Shown piece after piece: positions 50,880-64,000 of a stretch of DNA of 64,000 bases; positions within the stretch are counted from its first letter, which is position 1, and every line of letters starts with the position of its first letter. Below the pieces are notes generated by a model, which saw only the letters and a program-made list of their open reading frames with translations, was not told the origin of the DNA and made no database searches. Position numbers and translations under genes: made by a program. This stretch comes from Octopus vulgaris (lineage: Eukaryota). The stretch is taken from contig OX597837.1 in NCBI GenBank assembly GCA_951406725.2, positions 35,154,001 to 35,218,000 of the forward strand. Reading direction: 5' to 3'.

Positions 50880-53800
50880 GTAGTAGTGGTGGCGATGGTG
50901 AGGATGTTAGTGATGTACTAGTGGTTGTGATGGTGGTTGTGATGGTGGTGGTGGTGGTAGTAGTGGTGGTGATGTTGAGGATGTTAGTGATGTACTAGTG
51001 GTTGTGATGGTGATGGTGGTTGTGATGGTGGTGGTGGTGGTAGTAGTGGTGGTGATGTTGAGGATGTTAGTGATGTACTAGTGGTTGTGATGGTGATGGT
51101 GGTTGTGATGGTGGTGGTGGTGGTAGTAGTGGTGGTGATGTTGAGGATGTTAGTGATGTACTAGTGGTTGTGATGGTGATGGTGGTTGTGATGGTGGTGG
51201 TGGTGGTAGTAGTGGTGGTGATGTTGAGGATGTTAGTGATGTACTCGTGGTTGTGATGGTGATGGTGGTTGTGATGGTGGTGGTGGTGGTAGTAGTGGTG
51301 GTGATGTTGAGGATGTTAGTGATGTACTAGTGGTTGTGATGGTGATGGTGGTTGTGATGGTGGTGGTGGTGGTAGTAGTGGTGGCGATGGTGAGGATGTT
51401 AGTGATGTACTAGTGCTTGTGATGGTGATGGTGGTTGTGTGGTGGTGGTGGTGGTAGTAGTGGTGGTGATGTTGAGGATGTTAGTGATGTACTAGTGCTT
51501 GTGATGGTGGTTGTGATGGTGGTTGTGATGGTGGTGGTGGTGGTGGTAGTAGTGGTGGCGATGGTGAGGATGTTAGTGATGTACTAGTGGTTGTGATGGT
51601 GATGGTGGTTGTGATGGTGGTGGTGGTGGTAGTAGTGGTGGTGATGTTGAGGATGTTAGTGATGTACTAGTGCTTGTGATGGTGGTTGTGATGGTGGTTG
51701 TGATGGTGGTGGTGGTGGTGGTAGTAGTGGTGGTGATGGTGAGGATGTTAGTGATGTACTAGTGCTTGTGATGGTGGTTGTGATGGTGGTTGTGATGGTG
51801 GTGGTGGTGGTGGTAGTAGTGGTGGCGATGGTGAGGATGTTAGTGATGTACTAGTGCTTGTGATGGTGGTTGTGATGGTGGTTGTGATGGTGGTGGTGGT
51901 GGTGGTAGTAGTGGTGGCGATGGTGAGGATGTTAGTGATGTACTCGTGGTTGTGATGGTGATGGTGGTTGTGATGGTGGTGGTGGTGGTAGTAGTGGTGG
52001 TGATGTTGAGGATGTTAGTGATGTACTAGTGCTTGTGATGGTGATGGTGGTTGTGATGGTGGTGGTGGTGGTAGTAGTGGTGGCGATGGTGAGGATGTTA
52101 GTGATGTACTAGTGCTTGTGATGGTGATGGTGGGTTGTGATGGTGGTGGTGGTGGTGGTAGTAGTGGTGGTGATGTTGAGGATGTTAGTGATGTGATGGT
52201 GGTTGTGATGGTGGTTGTGATGGTGGTGGTGGTGGTGGTAGTAGTGGTGGCGATGGTGAGGATGTTAGTGATGTACTAGTGCTTGTGATGGTGATGGTGG
52301 TTGTGATGGTGGTGGTGGTGGTAGTAGTGGTGGCGATGGTGAGGATGTTAGTGATGTACTAGTGCTTGTGATGGTGATGGTGGTTGTGATGGTGGTGGTG
52401 GTGGTGGTAGTAGTGGTGGTGATGTTGAGGATGTTAGTGATGTACTAGTGCTTGTGATGGTGGTTGTGATGGTGGTTGTGATGGTGGTGGTGGTGGTGGT
52501 AGTAGTGGTGGCGATGGTGAGGATGTTAGTGATGTACTAGTGCTTGTGATGGTGGTTGTGATGGTGGTTGTGATGGTGGTGGTGGTGGTGGTAGTAGTGG
52601 TGGTGATGTTGAGGATGTTAGTGATGTACTAGTGGTTGTGATGGTGATGGTGGTTGTGATGGTGGTGGTGGTGGTAGTAGTGGTGGCGATGGTGAGGATG
52701 TTAGTGATGTACTAGTGCTTGTGATGGTGGTTGTGATGGTGGTTGTGATGGTGGTGGTGGTGGTGGTAGTAGTGGTGGTGATGTTGAGGATGTTAGTGAT
52801 GTACTAGTGGTTGTGATGGTGATGGTGGTTGTGATGGTGGTGGTGGTGGTAGTAGTGGTGGTGATGTTGAGGATGTTAGTGATGTACTAGTGGTTGTGAT
52901 GGTGATGGTGGTTGTGATGGTGGTGGTGGTGGTAGTAGTGGTGGTGATGTTGAGGATGTTAGTGATGTACTAGTGCTTGTGATGGTGGTTGTGATGGTGG
53001 TTGTGATGGTGGTGGTGGTGGTAGTAGTGGTGGTGATGTTGAGGATGTTAGTGATGTACTCGTGGTTGTGATGGTGATGGTGGTTGTGATGGTGGTGGTG
53101 GTGGTAGTAGTGGTGGTGATGTTGAGGATGTTAGTGATGTACTAGTGGTTGTGATGGTGATGGTGGTTGTGATGGTGGTGGTGGTGGTAGTAGTGGTGGT
53201 GATGTTGAGGATGTTAGTGATGTACTAGTGCTTGTGATGGTGGTTGTGATGGTGGTTGTGATGGTGGTGGTGGTGGTAGTAGTGGTGGTGATGTTGAGGA
53301 TGTTAGTGATGTACTCGTGGTTGTGATGGTGATGGTGGTTGTGATGGTGGTGGTGGTGGTAGTAGTGGTGGTGATGTTGAGGATGTTAGTGATGTACTAG
53401 TGGTTGTGATGGTGATGGTGGTTGTGATGGTGGTGGTGGTGGTAGTAGTGGTGGTGATGTTGAGGATGTTAGTGATGTACTAGTGCTTGTGATGGTGGTT
53501 GTGATGGTGGTTGTGATGGTGGTGGTGGTGGTAGTAGTGGTGGTGATGTTGAGGATGTTAGTGATGTACTAGTGCTTGTGATGGTGGTTGTGATGGTGGT
53601 TGTGATGGTGGTGGTGGTGGTAGTAGTGGTGGTGATGTTGAGGATGTTAGTGATGTACTAGTGCTTGTGATGGTGGTTGTGATGGTGGTTGTGATGGTGG
53701 TGGTGGTGGTAGTAGTGGTGGTGATGTTGAGGATGTTAGTGATGTACTAGTGCTTGTGATGGTGGTTGTGATGGTGGTGGTGGTGGTGGTGGTGGTGGTA

Positions 53801-54030
53801 GTAGTGGTGGTGATGTTGAGGATGTTAGTGATGTACTAGTGCTTGTGATGGTGGTTGTGATGGTGGTTGTGATGGTGGTGGTGGTGGTAGTAGTGGTGGT
53901 GATGTTGAGGATGTTAGTGATGTACTAGTGCTTGTGATGGTGGTTGTGATGGTGGTTGTGATGGTGGTGGTGGTGGTAGTAGTGGTGGTGATGTTGAGGA
54001 TGTTAGTGATGTACTAGTGCTTGTGATGGT
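50880..54030. repeat. ~83-89-bp GT-rich minisatellite, ~37 copies
   Basis: Unit gatgtactagtggttgtgatggtgatggtggttgtgat(ggt)n agtagtggtggtgatgttgaggatgttagt; e.g. starts at 50991 and 51074. Confidence 0.95.
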
Positions 54031-54504
54031 GGTGATGGTAGTGATGGTGATAATGGTGGCGGCAGTGGTGGTGTTATTGATGTATTAGTGTTTGTGTGGT
54101 AGTAGTGGTGGTGATGGTATTATCATTTAGCTCCAGGGCAACTCTAATCCAGTAGACCTATGATCAAAGGTATCCCGGCCATGACTGTCCTGTCTTTTTT
54201 GTTTTATATCAGACATAGTTGTTTGTGAAAGATTTGGCTGCTATTTCTAGCAAGATGATAGACTGCTAAGAGCGCCCCACCTCTTTGGATAATGATTATG
54301 ATCATGATGATGATAGCAGTGGTGATGTTGCTGATGGTATTGTTTAACCCCAGGTCAACTCTGATTGCAAAGCTCTATTGTTTTAAGTATTCCAGCTGTG
54401 GCCACCCTCCCCAGTTATAGAGTTTGCTGGGCTACACTAATGAATGTGTACTTTAACCCTTTTAATAATAATAATAATAATAATGATAATAATAATAATA
54501 ATGA

Positions 54505-54858
54505 AATTATTGTATACAGTGCTCAGGTGCACCACAACTTGTCAGAAAGTGTGTATAAAATACATGCAGTAATGTACAAATGTCTGGAAAGCGAACAATG
54601 CATGAGTCAGATACATGCTTGTGTGTGTATGGAGGGGAGAAAATCAGGTGTAGTGTTGGAGAATCTCAGGAAGCATGGAAGTTTTGAAGGATGCAGTGCT
54701 CCGACAACTAACAACTGATGCCAGCAGTTTGTTCCATGCTTCAGCAACTCTCAGCGTGAAAAAATATTTCCGAAAGTCATGGGAGCTGTGTTGTTTTCTG
54801 ACTATGTAAATATGTCCACGGGTGTTAGACAGGTGGAGTTTGAAAAGGTGCTCAGAGT
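54505..54858 (-). mobile_element. CR1 LINE 3' end
   Basis: NTRGH..VRKQHS..FRKYFFTLRVAEAWNKL..SVV..STASFK is a typical CR1 ORF2 C-terminus, followed by 3'UTR and (ATT)n tail. Confidence 0.8.
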
Positions 54859-54859
54859 T

Positions 54860-55822
54860 CATCATCATCATCATCATCATTTAGCGTCCGTTTTCCATGC
54901 TAGCATGGGTTGGACGGTTCAACTGGGGTCTGGGGAGCCCGAAGGCTGCACCAGGCCAGTCAGATCTGGCAGTGTTTCTACAGCTGGATGCCCTTCCTAA
55001 CGCCAACCACTCCGAGAGTGTAGTGGGTGATTTTATGTGCCACCGACACAGGTGCCAGACGAGGCTGGCGAACGGCCACGCTCGGATGGTGTTTTTATGT
55101 GCCACCGACACAGGTGCCAGACGAGGCTGGCAGACGGCCACGCTCGGATGGTGTTTTTATGTGCCACCGACACAGGTGCCAGACGAGGCTGGCAGACGGC
55201 CACGCTCGGATGGTGTTTTTATGTGCCACCGACACAGGTGCCAGATGAGGCTGGCGGACGGCCACGATCGGATGGTGTTTGTTACGTCCCCAAAGCACGG
55301 AGGCCAGTCTATGCGGTACTGGCTACGGCCACGTTCGGATGATTTTCTTGTGTGCCACCGGCACTGGTACCACAAAGATACAAATTCCATTTATGTTCAT
55401 CTATTTTGATTTGATTTGATTTGATTTTCACTTGCCTCAACAGGTCTTCACAAGTGTCACAAGAAGGAAGGTATGCACAGGTGGACTGTCTACGTCGCCG
55501 GGTCTTCGGATGGTGTCTTTATGTGCCACCGACACAGGTGCCAGATGTGGCTGGCGAACGGCCACGATCGGATGGTTTTCTTGTGTGCCACCGGTACTGG
55601 AACCACAAAGATACAAATTCCATTGATGTTCATCTATTTTGATTTGGTTTGATTTTGATTTTGATTTTTTGATTTTCACTTGCCTCAACAGGTCTTCACA
55701 AGTGTCACGCGTGTCACACACTTGCCTCAACAGGTCTCCACAAGTGTCACACACTTGCCTCTGCCTCAACAGGTCTTCACAAAGTGTCACACACTTGCCT
55801 CTGCCTCAACAGGTCTTCACAA
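54860..55822 (-). mobile_element. Retroelement family C, long young copy with internal 61-bp and ~190-bp repeats
   Basis: (CAT)n tail; 4 x gtgccaccgacacaggtgccagacgaggctggc units at 55030-55280. Confidence 0.8.
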
Positions 55823-57855
55823 GAGTTATTGTTTACAAAATAGAACTGAATTCAGCTTTACATAAATATCACCACCACCACCATTTAACATCCACTTCTC
55901 CATGCTTATTTGTTAAGGCAGATTTTCTATGGCTGGGTGCCCTTCCTGTCACTAACCTTTACTTGTATCCAAGTAAGATAATATTTCCCTATGGCTAGAC
56001 ATGTTCTTCATGGAAGACTGAAAACAAACAACCCCACTTGTATGACAGTGATGCTCATTTACGATCATCACTTGGTAAAGTTATGTTTTTGAGTCATGCC
56101 AACTCATAACGATCAGTTTCCTGGTTTCTGTGGCGTATAAATTCCCCACCTGGATGGGACGCCGGTCCTTTACAGGGTCACACACTTTTGGCAGCTGAGT
56201 GGACTGAAGCAACGTGAAATGAAGTGTTTTGCTCACCTGCTCCAGGAATTGAAACCACAATCTTATAATCATGAGTCCAACACTAACCACTAAGCCACGC
56301 ACCTTCACACAATCGTCATATGATGTCAAGACAAAGAGACACAAAGACAACCATACACACACATATATATAAATATACAATAGGCTTCTTTCAGTTTTTC
56401 TCCACCAAACCCACTTGACTAAGGTGCCATGTAGTGGGACTGAACCCAAGACCACATGGTTGAGAAGCAAACTTCTTAACCTCACAGCCACATCTGCATC
56501 TATCTCATTTCTCATTTCTCATTTACTTGTTTCAGTCATGTGACTGTGGCCATGCTGGAGCACCGCCTTTAATCGAGCAACTCGACCCCGGGACTTATTC
56601 TTTTGTAAGCCCAGTACTTATTCTATCGGTCTCTTTTGCCGAACCGCTAAGTAACGGTACAAATATGAGTACAAATGGAATGACATGAGGACACAGCTAT
56701 TGGTGGTGACGATCCCTTAACAATTAAATCCACCCGTGTAGCTAGTGTGTATGCCACCCAGGGTGGCCTTTCTGTTTGCTGCCTCCCAGACCCTACAAAA
56801 AACACATATTACCTAAAACAGACCCAAAAGTGCTGCCCCTTTAAAAGTGCCACCCGGGGGGGGGGGGGCAGACTACCCCTATCGCCCCTCACCCACCTAT
56901 GTTAGTGATTAAATCCATATATTTAGTAAAATGAGAAAATTCATTGGTGTGTTGGGTGGTGGTGGTCATGGGGAATGAACATAGAATGATGGTGATAATG
57001 ATGATGGTGGTGGTAGTGGTGGTGATGAAGGTAATTGTAGTGGTAAAGATTAGGCTGATGAGACGATGAGGAGGAGGAGGAGGAGGAGACAGAGGAGGAA
57101 GACAATGATGATGAGGATACATACCAAAGTTGATGATGATGATGATGATGATGTTGGAGAGAAGAAAGGGGATAATGGGAAACGATGATGATAATGAAGA
57201 GGAAGCGACGAGGAGGACAATGAGGGGGATGGTAAAGACAAAGTTGAGGATAGTGATGATGAGGAGGAAGAGGAGGAAGTTAAAGAGGAGAAGAGGAGGG
57301 CAGAAGGGAGGAAGGAGAGAGGGTGGGGAGGAGGAGGGAAGGATGAGGACAGAGGGAGGATGAGAGAGAGATGGAAGAGTAAGGAGAGGGGAAGACGAGG
57401 AGGAAGCTAAAGAGGAAAAGAGGGAGAAGAGGAGGAGGGAAGAAGAGAGGGTGGGAGGGAGGAGGGAAGGATGAAGACAGAGGGAGGATGAGAGAGGGGA
57501 AGAGGAGGAAGCTAAAGAGGAGGGGAAGAGGGAGAAGAGGAGGACAGAAGGGAGGAATGAGAAGAGAGAGAGGGAGGGAGGAGGGAAGGATGAAGACAGA
57601 GGGAGGATGAGAGAGAGGGAAGAGTAAGGAGAGGGGAAGAGGAGGAGGAAGAGGAGATGAACCCTGGACAACATTATCCCAATATATTCTCGTTAATTTA
57701 AGGCAGTGAATGTGATTTTTTTTTCCTGCTGCTATTTCTAGTATGTCGAGTCGCTTCGATAGAAACTGACCCCTTTTGGGCCCAGCTTAGTCTTAAACAG
57801 TGGTAACCAGAAACGGAATGGAAAACAGAAAAAATAAAAGGTGGATGATACTCAC

Positions 57856-57919
57856 ATCAAAATAAGGAAATTTTGGTCCTTTTGTTCGTCTTGGAGATAT
57901 TGGTTGTATTTCAAAATAA
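57856..57919 (-). CDS. DCDC2: DCDC2-like gene, coding exon homologous to vertebrate exon 2 (end of DCX1 / linker)
   Basis: Acceptor ttttacag|T, donor GAT|gtgagt. 64 nt, phase 2 to 0. Encodes (x)YFEIQPISPRRTKGPKFPYFD, compare human DCDC2 (N)YLDIGEIKKRP... Splices in frame to the exon at 6884. Confidence 0.75.
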
Positions 57920-57930
57920 CTGTAAAATAG

Positions 57931-57959
<29 letters not shown>

Positions 57960-57963
<4 letters not shown>

Positions 57964-58256
57964 TCTTTTATTGGCCACAAGGGCTAACAAAAATTAATTA
58001 TAACAAAAAAGGGACAAAACAGGACGAAAGGTTACAAAGGGTTTTGTCCGTTTATTCTTTTATTCTTTTACTTGTTTCAGTCATTTGACTGCGGCCATGC
58101 TGGAGCACCGCCTTTAATCGAGCAACTCGACCCCGGGACTTATTCTTTTGTAAGCCCAGTACTTATTCTATCGGTCTCTTTTGCCGAACCACTAAGTAAC
58201 GGGGACATAAACACACCAGCATCGGTTGTCAAGCAATGCTAGGGGGACAAACACAG

Positions 58257-58307
<51 letters not shown>

Positions 58308-58830
58308 TACGACGGGCTTCTTTCAGTTTCCGTCTACCCAATCCACTCACAAGGCTTTGGTTGGCCCGAGGCTATAGTAGAAGACACTTGCCCAAGGTGC
58401 CACGCAGTGGGACTGAACCCGGAACCATGTGGTTGGTAAACAAGCTACCTACCACACAGCCACTCCTGCACCTATTTTGTAAAAAACCGTGTAGAAACAG
58501 TGTAACAATCAAAAATTATAACAATGAAAATCTCCCAATAGGGGGAGGCGTTACGAAAGGTTCCTGGTGGAAAAAACCCATAAAAGCCAATGGGAGCCTG
58601 GTCAAAAGGTGGGTAGAGAGCCCCTTTCTCCTTTTATATTACCTTTTTAAATCACAGGTGTAACCTCAGAATGGCTCCTTTCATACTGGCCATTCTTGCG
58701 ACATTTACCCACCTTTCAGTAAACTTGCAATCGGACAGCACTTCCCTCTCTACTCTCATCTTCCTTTTCAAGTGAAACTTGAAAAAGTTGATGAGTCCTG
58801 GGCCAAAGAGGAAAGTGTCTGACCTTAGCC
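57960..58830 (-). mobile_element. L1/Tx1-like LINE 3' end, interrupted by SINE A (58063-58472)
   Basis: LINFFKFHLKRKMRVEREVLSDCKFTERWVNVARM..LHL*. The same 3'UTR is uninterrupted at ~31928-32170. Confidence 0.6.
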
Positions 58831-60158
58831 CTTACTATAGGCACAAGGCCTGAAATTTGGGGGAAGGGGATAAATTGATTACATTGACCTCAGTACTCCA
58901 CTGGTACTTAATTTATCAACCCTGAAAGGATGAAAGGCAAAGTCGACCTTGGCGGAATTTGAACTCAGAACGTAAAGGCAGATGATATGCCAGTTGGCAT
59001 TTTGCCCAGCATGCTAATAATTCTGCCAACTCACTGCCTTAATAATAATAATCCTTTCTACAAAAGGTACAAGGCCTGAAATTTTTGAGGGGAGGGGACT
59101 AGTCGATTACATTGACCCCAGTTTTTCACTGGTCCTTAATTTATTGACCTCAAAAGGATGAAAGGAATAATAATGAGTGGGGTACATATATAAATATAAA
59201 AAAATATATAAGCAACAAAAAAATTAAGTGGTGATGAAAGGGGAAGTGGGGTCTGAGGAGATGATAGAAGTGGTGGTCAAGGGTGGTGTGATGGTGATGG
59301 CAGTGGCTGTAGTGGCGGTGACTCTAGTAGCAGAGGGGGTTGTAGTAGTGGTGCTTATAATGATGGTGGTTGTAGTGATGGTGGTAGGGTTAGAGCTGAC
59401 AGAAGTGGTGGTGGCAATAGTGGAGGCAACAGTAGTGGTGGCAGCATGAGTGGTGGTGATGATGGTGGTGGCAGAAGTGGTGATGACAGTGGTGGTGGTA
59501 GCATCAGTGGTGGAGGTGATGATGGTGGTGGCGTCTGTGGTGATAGCCATAGTGGTGGTGGTGGTGGTAAATTACTGCTTGAGATGGTGGAGGGGAATGA
59601 GAGTTGTCCCCCTAACCTGAGGTGGGACCCCTTGAAGAGGGGAAATTACAGCAAACTGGACAGAATTTAATAAATAATTAGTGTTAGCAAAGAAATAGAT
59701 GAGAGAGGGTAATTAGAGAACAAATTAGAAAAGGTAACTAGGGAAGGCCTCGTAATAAAGGTGCCGAAGGCAAGAATTTCTCTCAACCAATTCTTTGATG
59801 TTAAACCAAAGTTTGTAGTCAATGAAGAGGTTTCATGTAAGCAACTTAAAGAGGATTATTGGCAGGGAAAATGAATGGGGTTCTAAGGTAGATGATGGCA
59901 CAGTGGTCAGTATTGAGCACTAGGGGTCAATAAACACTTGATATGATTCTGAGAATTAAGGGTGCTGAATTATTAGCAAAATGAATCTGGAAGTGTGGAG
60001 GTGATTTAACCCTGTAGCAGGAATATTTAGCAATCAAACCCAGCTCATCATATCTGATAAAAAAACATAAGTAACAGTTACGCACTGGGGTTGATGTAAA
60101 ATTGCTCCCCTAAAATTGCTGGCTTTGAACCAAAATTCGAAATCATTATTATTATTAA

Positions 60159-60200
<42 letters not shown>

Positions 60201-60266
60201 AGCATTACGAAATGAAAGAGCATTTAGTACGTCCCTGGAGGATGTGTGTATACAACTAAAACCTTT

Positions 60267-60663
60267 GATCTTTTCGGTTTGAACGGCAGTGTTTTCTAGC
60301 GGTGTCATATGAAATTGTCACCCATAATTATGACCCTAGTATCGATCTATTGCATTTCAATCTGTTTTAGGATTAGGGTTATCTTTTTTTCTTCAGAAAT
60401 GTAAATAAACCCAATCTGTTTCTTAAACGAGGGACATATTGATGACGCACAGATGGCTTTCACCTCAATGGACGGTCAGCGATTGGTTAAAATTGCCGAA
60501 ACGCAAGAAATTTTAGACGAAATATCTTACAAACTATAGAATTTTCTCAATAAAGCCAAAAGAAAATGATGCTTTATAAACACATTCTACCAGTATACGA
60601 AGTTTGACATTTTTTAGTTACCTAGAAATTATGTTAAGAACTGCCGTTCAAACCGAAAAGATC
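60267..60663. mobile_element. MITE with 23-bp TIRs
   Basis: GATCTTTTCGGTTTGAACGGCAG / CTGCCGTTCAAACCGAAAAGATC. Right half duplicated at 60665-60878; other copies at ~33673-33935 and ~45968-46110. Confidence 0.8.
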
Positions 60664-61870
60664 CGAATGTTTTCACCGCAATTAGACGTCATTGATTGGT
60701 TGAAATTGCAGAAATTGAAGAAAAAAACAACAAATATCTTACAAACTATAGAATTTTCTCAATAAAGCCAAGAGAAAAAGATGTTTTATATACACATTCT
60801 ACCAGTTTACGAAGTTTAAAAGTGTTTAGTTACGTGGATATTATTTTAAAAAAAACTGCCGTTCAAACCGAAAAGATCCAAAACATTATTTGTCTTACAA
60901 CTCTTAAAAATGCTATTAACACGCATTACGTTTAAACATCCAAAATGGCTGCCACACATACTTCTTACGACCGGAGTGAACACGACAATGGCATGAAAGA
61001 AAAGCACAAAATCAAGACACAATTAAATGTACAAAAAATGGAGGGGGAAAAAATCTGAACAATTTCGAGGACAATTAATAGATAAAAATATCCCAAACAC
61101 TCAAATAAGTAGTTTCAATGATAGACAGCAGTAACAACAACAACAACAATGGCGACTACTATACAAAGTCAAACGCTATAATCTGTTGAATCCAGGTAAG
61201 AAAAAGTCACAGGGGTTTTGTCCGGGGCAGGGTATTGGGGGTGGGGGGATATCGGAGGGGATTTTGTCTGGATCCCATAAATTGTGACTTTTTTTTTCCC
61301 TAACCAATATTGTGATTTTATTACTGTCTTCTTTTCTTGTGACTTCATTACCGGCCTCCATAAATTAATTGTGACTTTATTACCGGTCACCAGTTTGTTC
61401 ATACAGTAGTTGTGTCAAAGTGAACCTAGCTTTAACACAAACTGAACAGAATTTTTTTGGATCTGTCGCAGTCTCAAGAATAAAAAAAACATGCAGTGTG
61501 CTGGTGTTGCATATAAAGCACCTATGCTGGTGTCATGTAAAAAAACACCCGTGCTATCGCCACTTAGAGTGTACCTGTGCAGGTGTCACAGAAAAACCTG
61601 CCATGCTGGTACCATGTAGAATACACTAGTGCTCGTGTCACATAAAAAGCATCCTTGCTAGTGGCATGTACAAAGCACTCATGCTGGTACCATGTCAAAA
61701 ACAGATGACTAGAACCTGGTGCAGCACTCCAGTCTGCCAGCTCCTTGTCAAATTGTCCAGTCCATGCCAGCACGAGAAATGGATGTCAAATGATGATGAT
61801 GATGATGAATTGATGAAACAAAATTATACAACTAGGTGCAACCATGGCTGTGTGGTAAGAAGCTTACTTC

Positions 61871-62267
61871 AAAGGCGGTGAGGTGGCAGACACGTTAGCA
61901 TGCCAGGTGAAATGCTTAGCGGTATTTCGTCTGTCGCTACGTTCTGAGTTCAAATTCTGCCGAGGTCGGCTTTGCCTTTCATCCTTTAGGGGTCGATAAA
62001 TTAAGTACCAGTTACGCACTGGGGTCGATGTAATCGGCTTAATCCATTTGTCTGTTCTTGTTTGTCCCCTCTATGTTTAGTCCCCTGTGGGCAATGGGCT
62101 GTATGGTAAGAAGCTTACTTCCCAACCATATGGTTCCAGGTTCAGTTCCATTGCATAATACCATTCATTAAATATTTCTACTAAAGCCTCAGACCAACCA
62201 AAGCCTTGTGAATGGATTTGGTAGATGGAAACTAAAAGAAAGCAATCATATATGTATACATATATAG

Positions 62268-62301
<34 letters not shown>

Positions 62302-62500
62302 TGTGTATGTGTGTCTCAGGCCATCACTTGACAACCAATCCTGGTATGTTTATGTCCCTGTAACTTAGCAGTTCAGCAAAAGAAACCGATAGAATAAAAA
62401 CTAGACTTTAAAAAAAATAAGTCCTGGAGTCAAGTTGTTTGACTAAAACCCTTCAAGGCGGTGCTCCAGCATGGCCACAGTGAAATGACTGAAACAGGTT
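61871..62500 (+). mobile_element. SINE B inserted at the head of a SINE A
   Basis: ggctgtgtggtaagaagcttactt precedes the SINE B and recurs after it (~62097). Confidence 0.75.
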
Positions 62501-63125
62501 GAAGAGTTAACTCTGATATGAACTTTTCAAAGAAGTTAGAATGACATTAGAACGGTTAAGAACAGAATTTAAACAACATGCAAAAGATAGATTATTAGTA
62601 AAAATAAAACCAAAACTTTACAAGCTTAAAATAGCATATCCCAAAGAGGGAAATACTATTTTAACAACTCCAAATATCTAAAAAAAAAAAAATGCTTATT
62701 GGTGCATTTGGTTGCACTTGTACACAATTTGAGAAATAATTAATGGACTGTGTCATGGAGTGCCCCGAACCAATCTAATCAGACATCTTAAATGTTTTAT
62801 TTGCTTTCGATTACATCCTGTTTGAATTACTGTTTTTTATCCTACTTTCATTTATTTATGCTGATGCACTTTTATGTACTTTTAGAATCTTAATAAATCC
62901 ATTCATTTACTGCATGACGTCTCTCACTTCCTCTCTTACACTTCCTTATTTGTAACCTTGCCTTTCACTTTTGCGTCACTTTTACGTCACTTTTTCCTTC
63001 CATTGTGACCCGCCCCCAGTGAAAGTTTGTTATTTTTCATATCTCTTCAAGCCCTTGCGATCATCATCATCACCATCACTATTTTCTTCCCCTAAAATTT
63101 CAGGTCTTTGTATCACTAACAGAAA

Positions 63126-63157
<32 letters not shown>

Positions 63158-63413
63158 CCTCTATCTCTCTTTCGGAGAGGCACTGAGCAGCTATACGCAC
63201 ACATACACACACGGCAGTAACTTCCATCTACCGAATTCAATCAGAAAGCTCCGGTCGGCTCGGGGCTATAGTGGAAGACACCTACCCAAACCATGTAGCT
63301 AGGAAGCAAGCTCCCTAACCACACATTATATTTTAAAAAGGATTGACATAACTCTTCACAAAGGTAAACAATCTTGACTATTATTATTAATATTATTATT
63401 AATGTGTGTATTA

Positions 63414-63471
<58 letters not shown>

Positions 63472-64000
63472 TAATTAATAATATTAGTCTGTTACTGGAA
63501 TCGATATAATTGACCATTTTTTCTGCCAAAATTTCAGACATTTGTACTTATATTAGATTCATCATCATTATCATCCTCATCATCATGAATTAATTGATTA
63601 ACAATAAATAATAATTATTATTATTGTAAGTTGCAGTAAGAGTGTCAGAAGAGGTCTGGCGGCAGTTGTGTTTTCTTTTCACTCTTAACAACATACAGTA
63701 ACAACAACAACAAACAATAACAACGACTATAACAACAACAACCGGTAACTAAAACAACAACACAGACACAAACTACAACACCAACAACAACAACGACAAC
63801 AGCAGCAATCAATCCAGTGCACCTGTATTGATGAAGTGTCGTCCAATCGATGCCACGATAGTCCATTAAATAAGTGGGAGGTAATTAAAGGTAAACTTTG
63901 TAGCTCGTAGTCATCACCTGGCTACCCACCTTCCCACTTCTCTATCTCTCTCTCTTTCTATCTCTCTCTCTTTCTCTCCCTCTCTGAAAGTCTGTCACCC

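Noticed and set aside
50880-54030. Mucin- or His-rich coding repeat
   Set aside because: Unit lengths of 83/86/89 shift the frame into stops every few units.
57920-64000. DCX1-encoding first exon
   Set aside because: I searched the unique segments on the minus strand by eye for RNGD/YVA motifs and found none; it probably lies beyond the window.

Overview
This is eukaryotic, AT-rich, repeat-saturated DNA. Its SINE families, microsatellite load and TE mix resemble an Octopus (coleoid cephalopod) genome; that assignment is an inference. The whole window appears to lie inside one minus-strand gene that the ORF track largely misses: a DCDC2-like doublecortin-domain gene. Four GT-AG exons (57919-57856, 6884-6808, 4149-4015, 2368-2234) splice in frame to the inter-domain linker plus the second DCX domain, with the same intron phases as vertebrate DCDC2 exons 2-5. 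Exon 1 (DCX1) and the 3' exons were not found in the window. The ~51-kb intron contains a tandem RFX X-box pair, a long ATG-free leader and a 101-nt exon ending in a strong-Kozak ATG in frame with the next coding exon. Together these suggest an internal ciliary promoter making a single-DCX short isoform. The rest is tRNA-derived SINEs, LINE 3' ends (RTE, CR1-group, L1/Tx1-like), Penelope-like remnants with minimal hammerhead ribozymes and many fold-back palindromes, Tc1/mariner, piggyBac-type and hAT-type MITEs, a Helitron, and mini/microsatellites. Nearly all listed ORFs are artefacts of simple repeats or TEs. Repeat boundaries are approximate unless a TIR, TSD or splice site is quoted.
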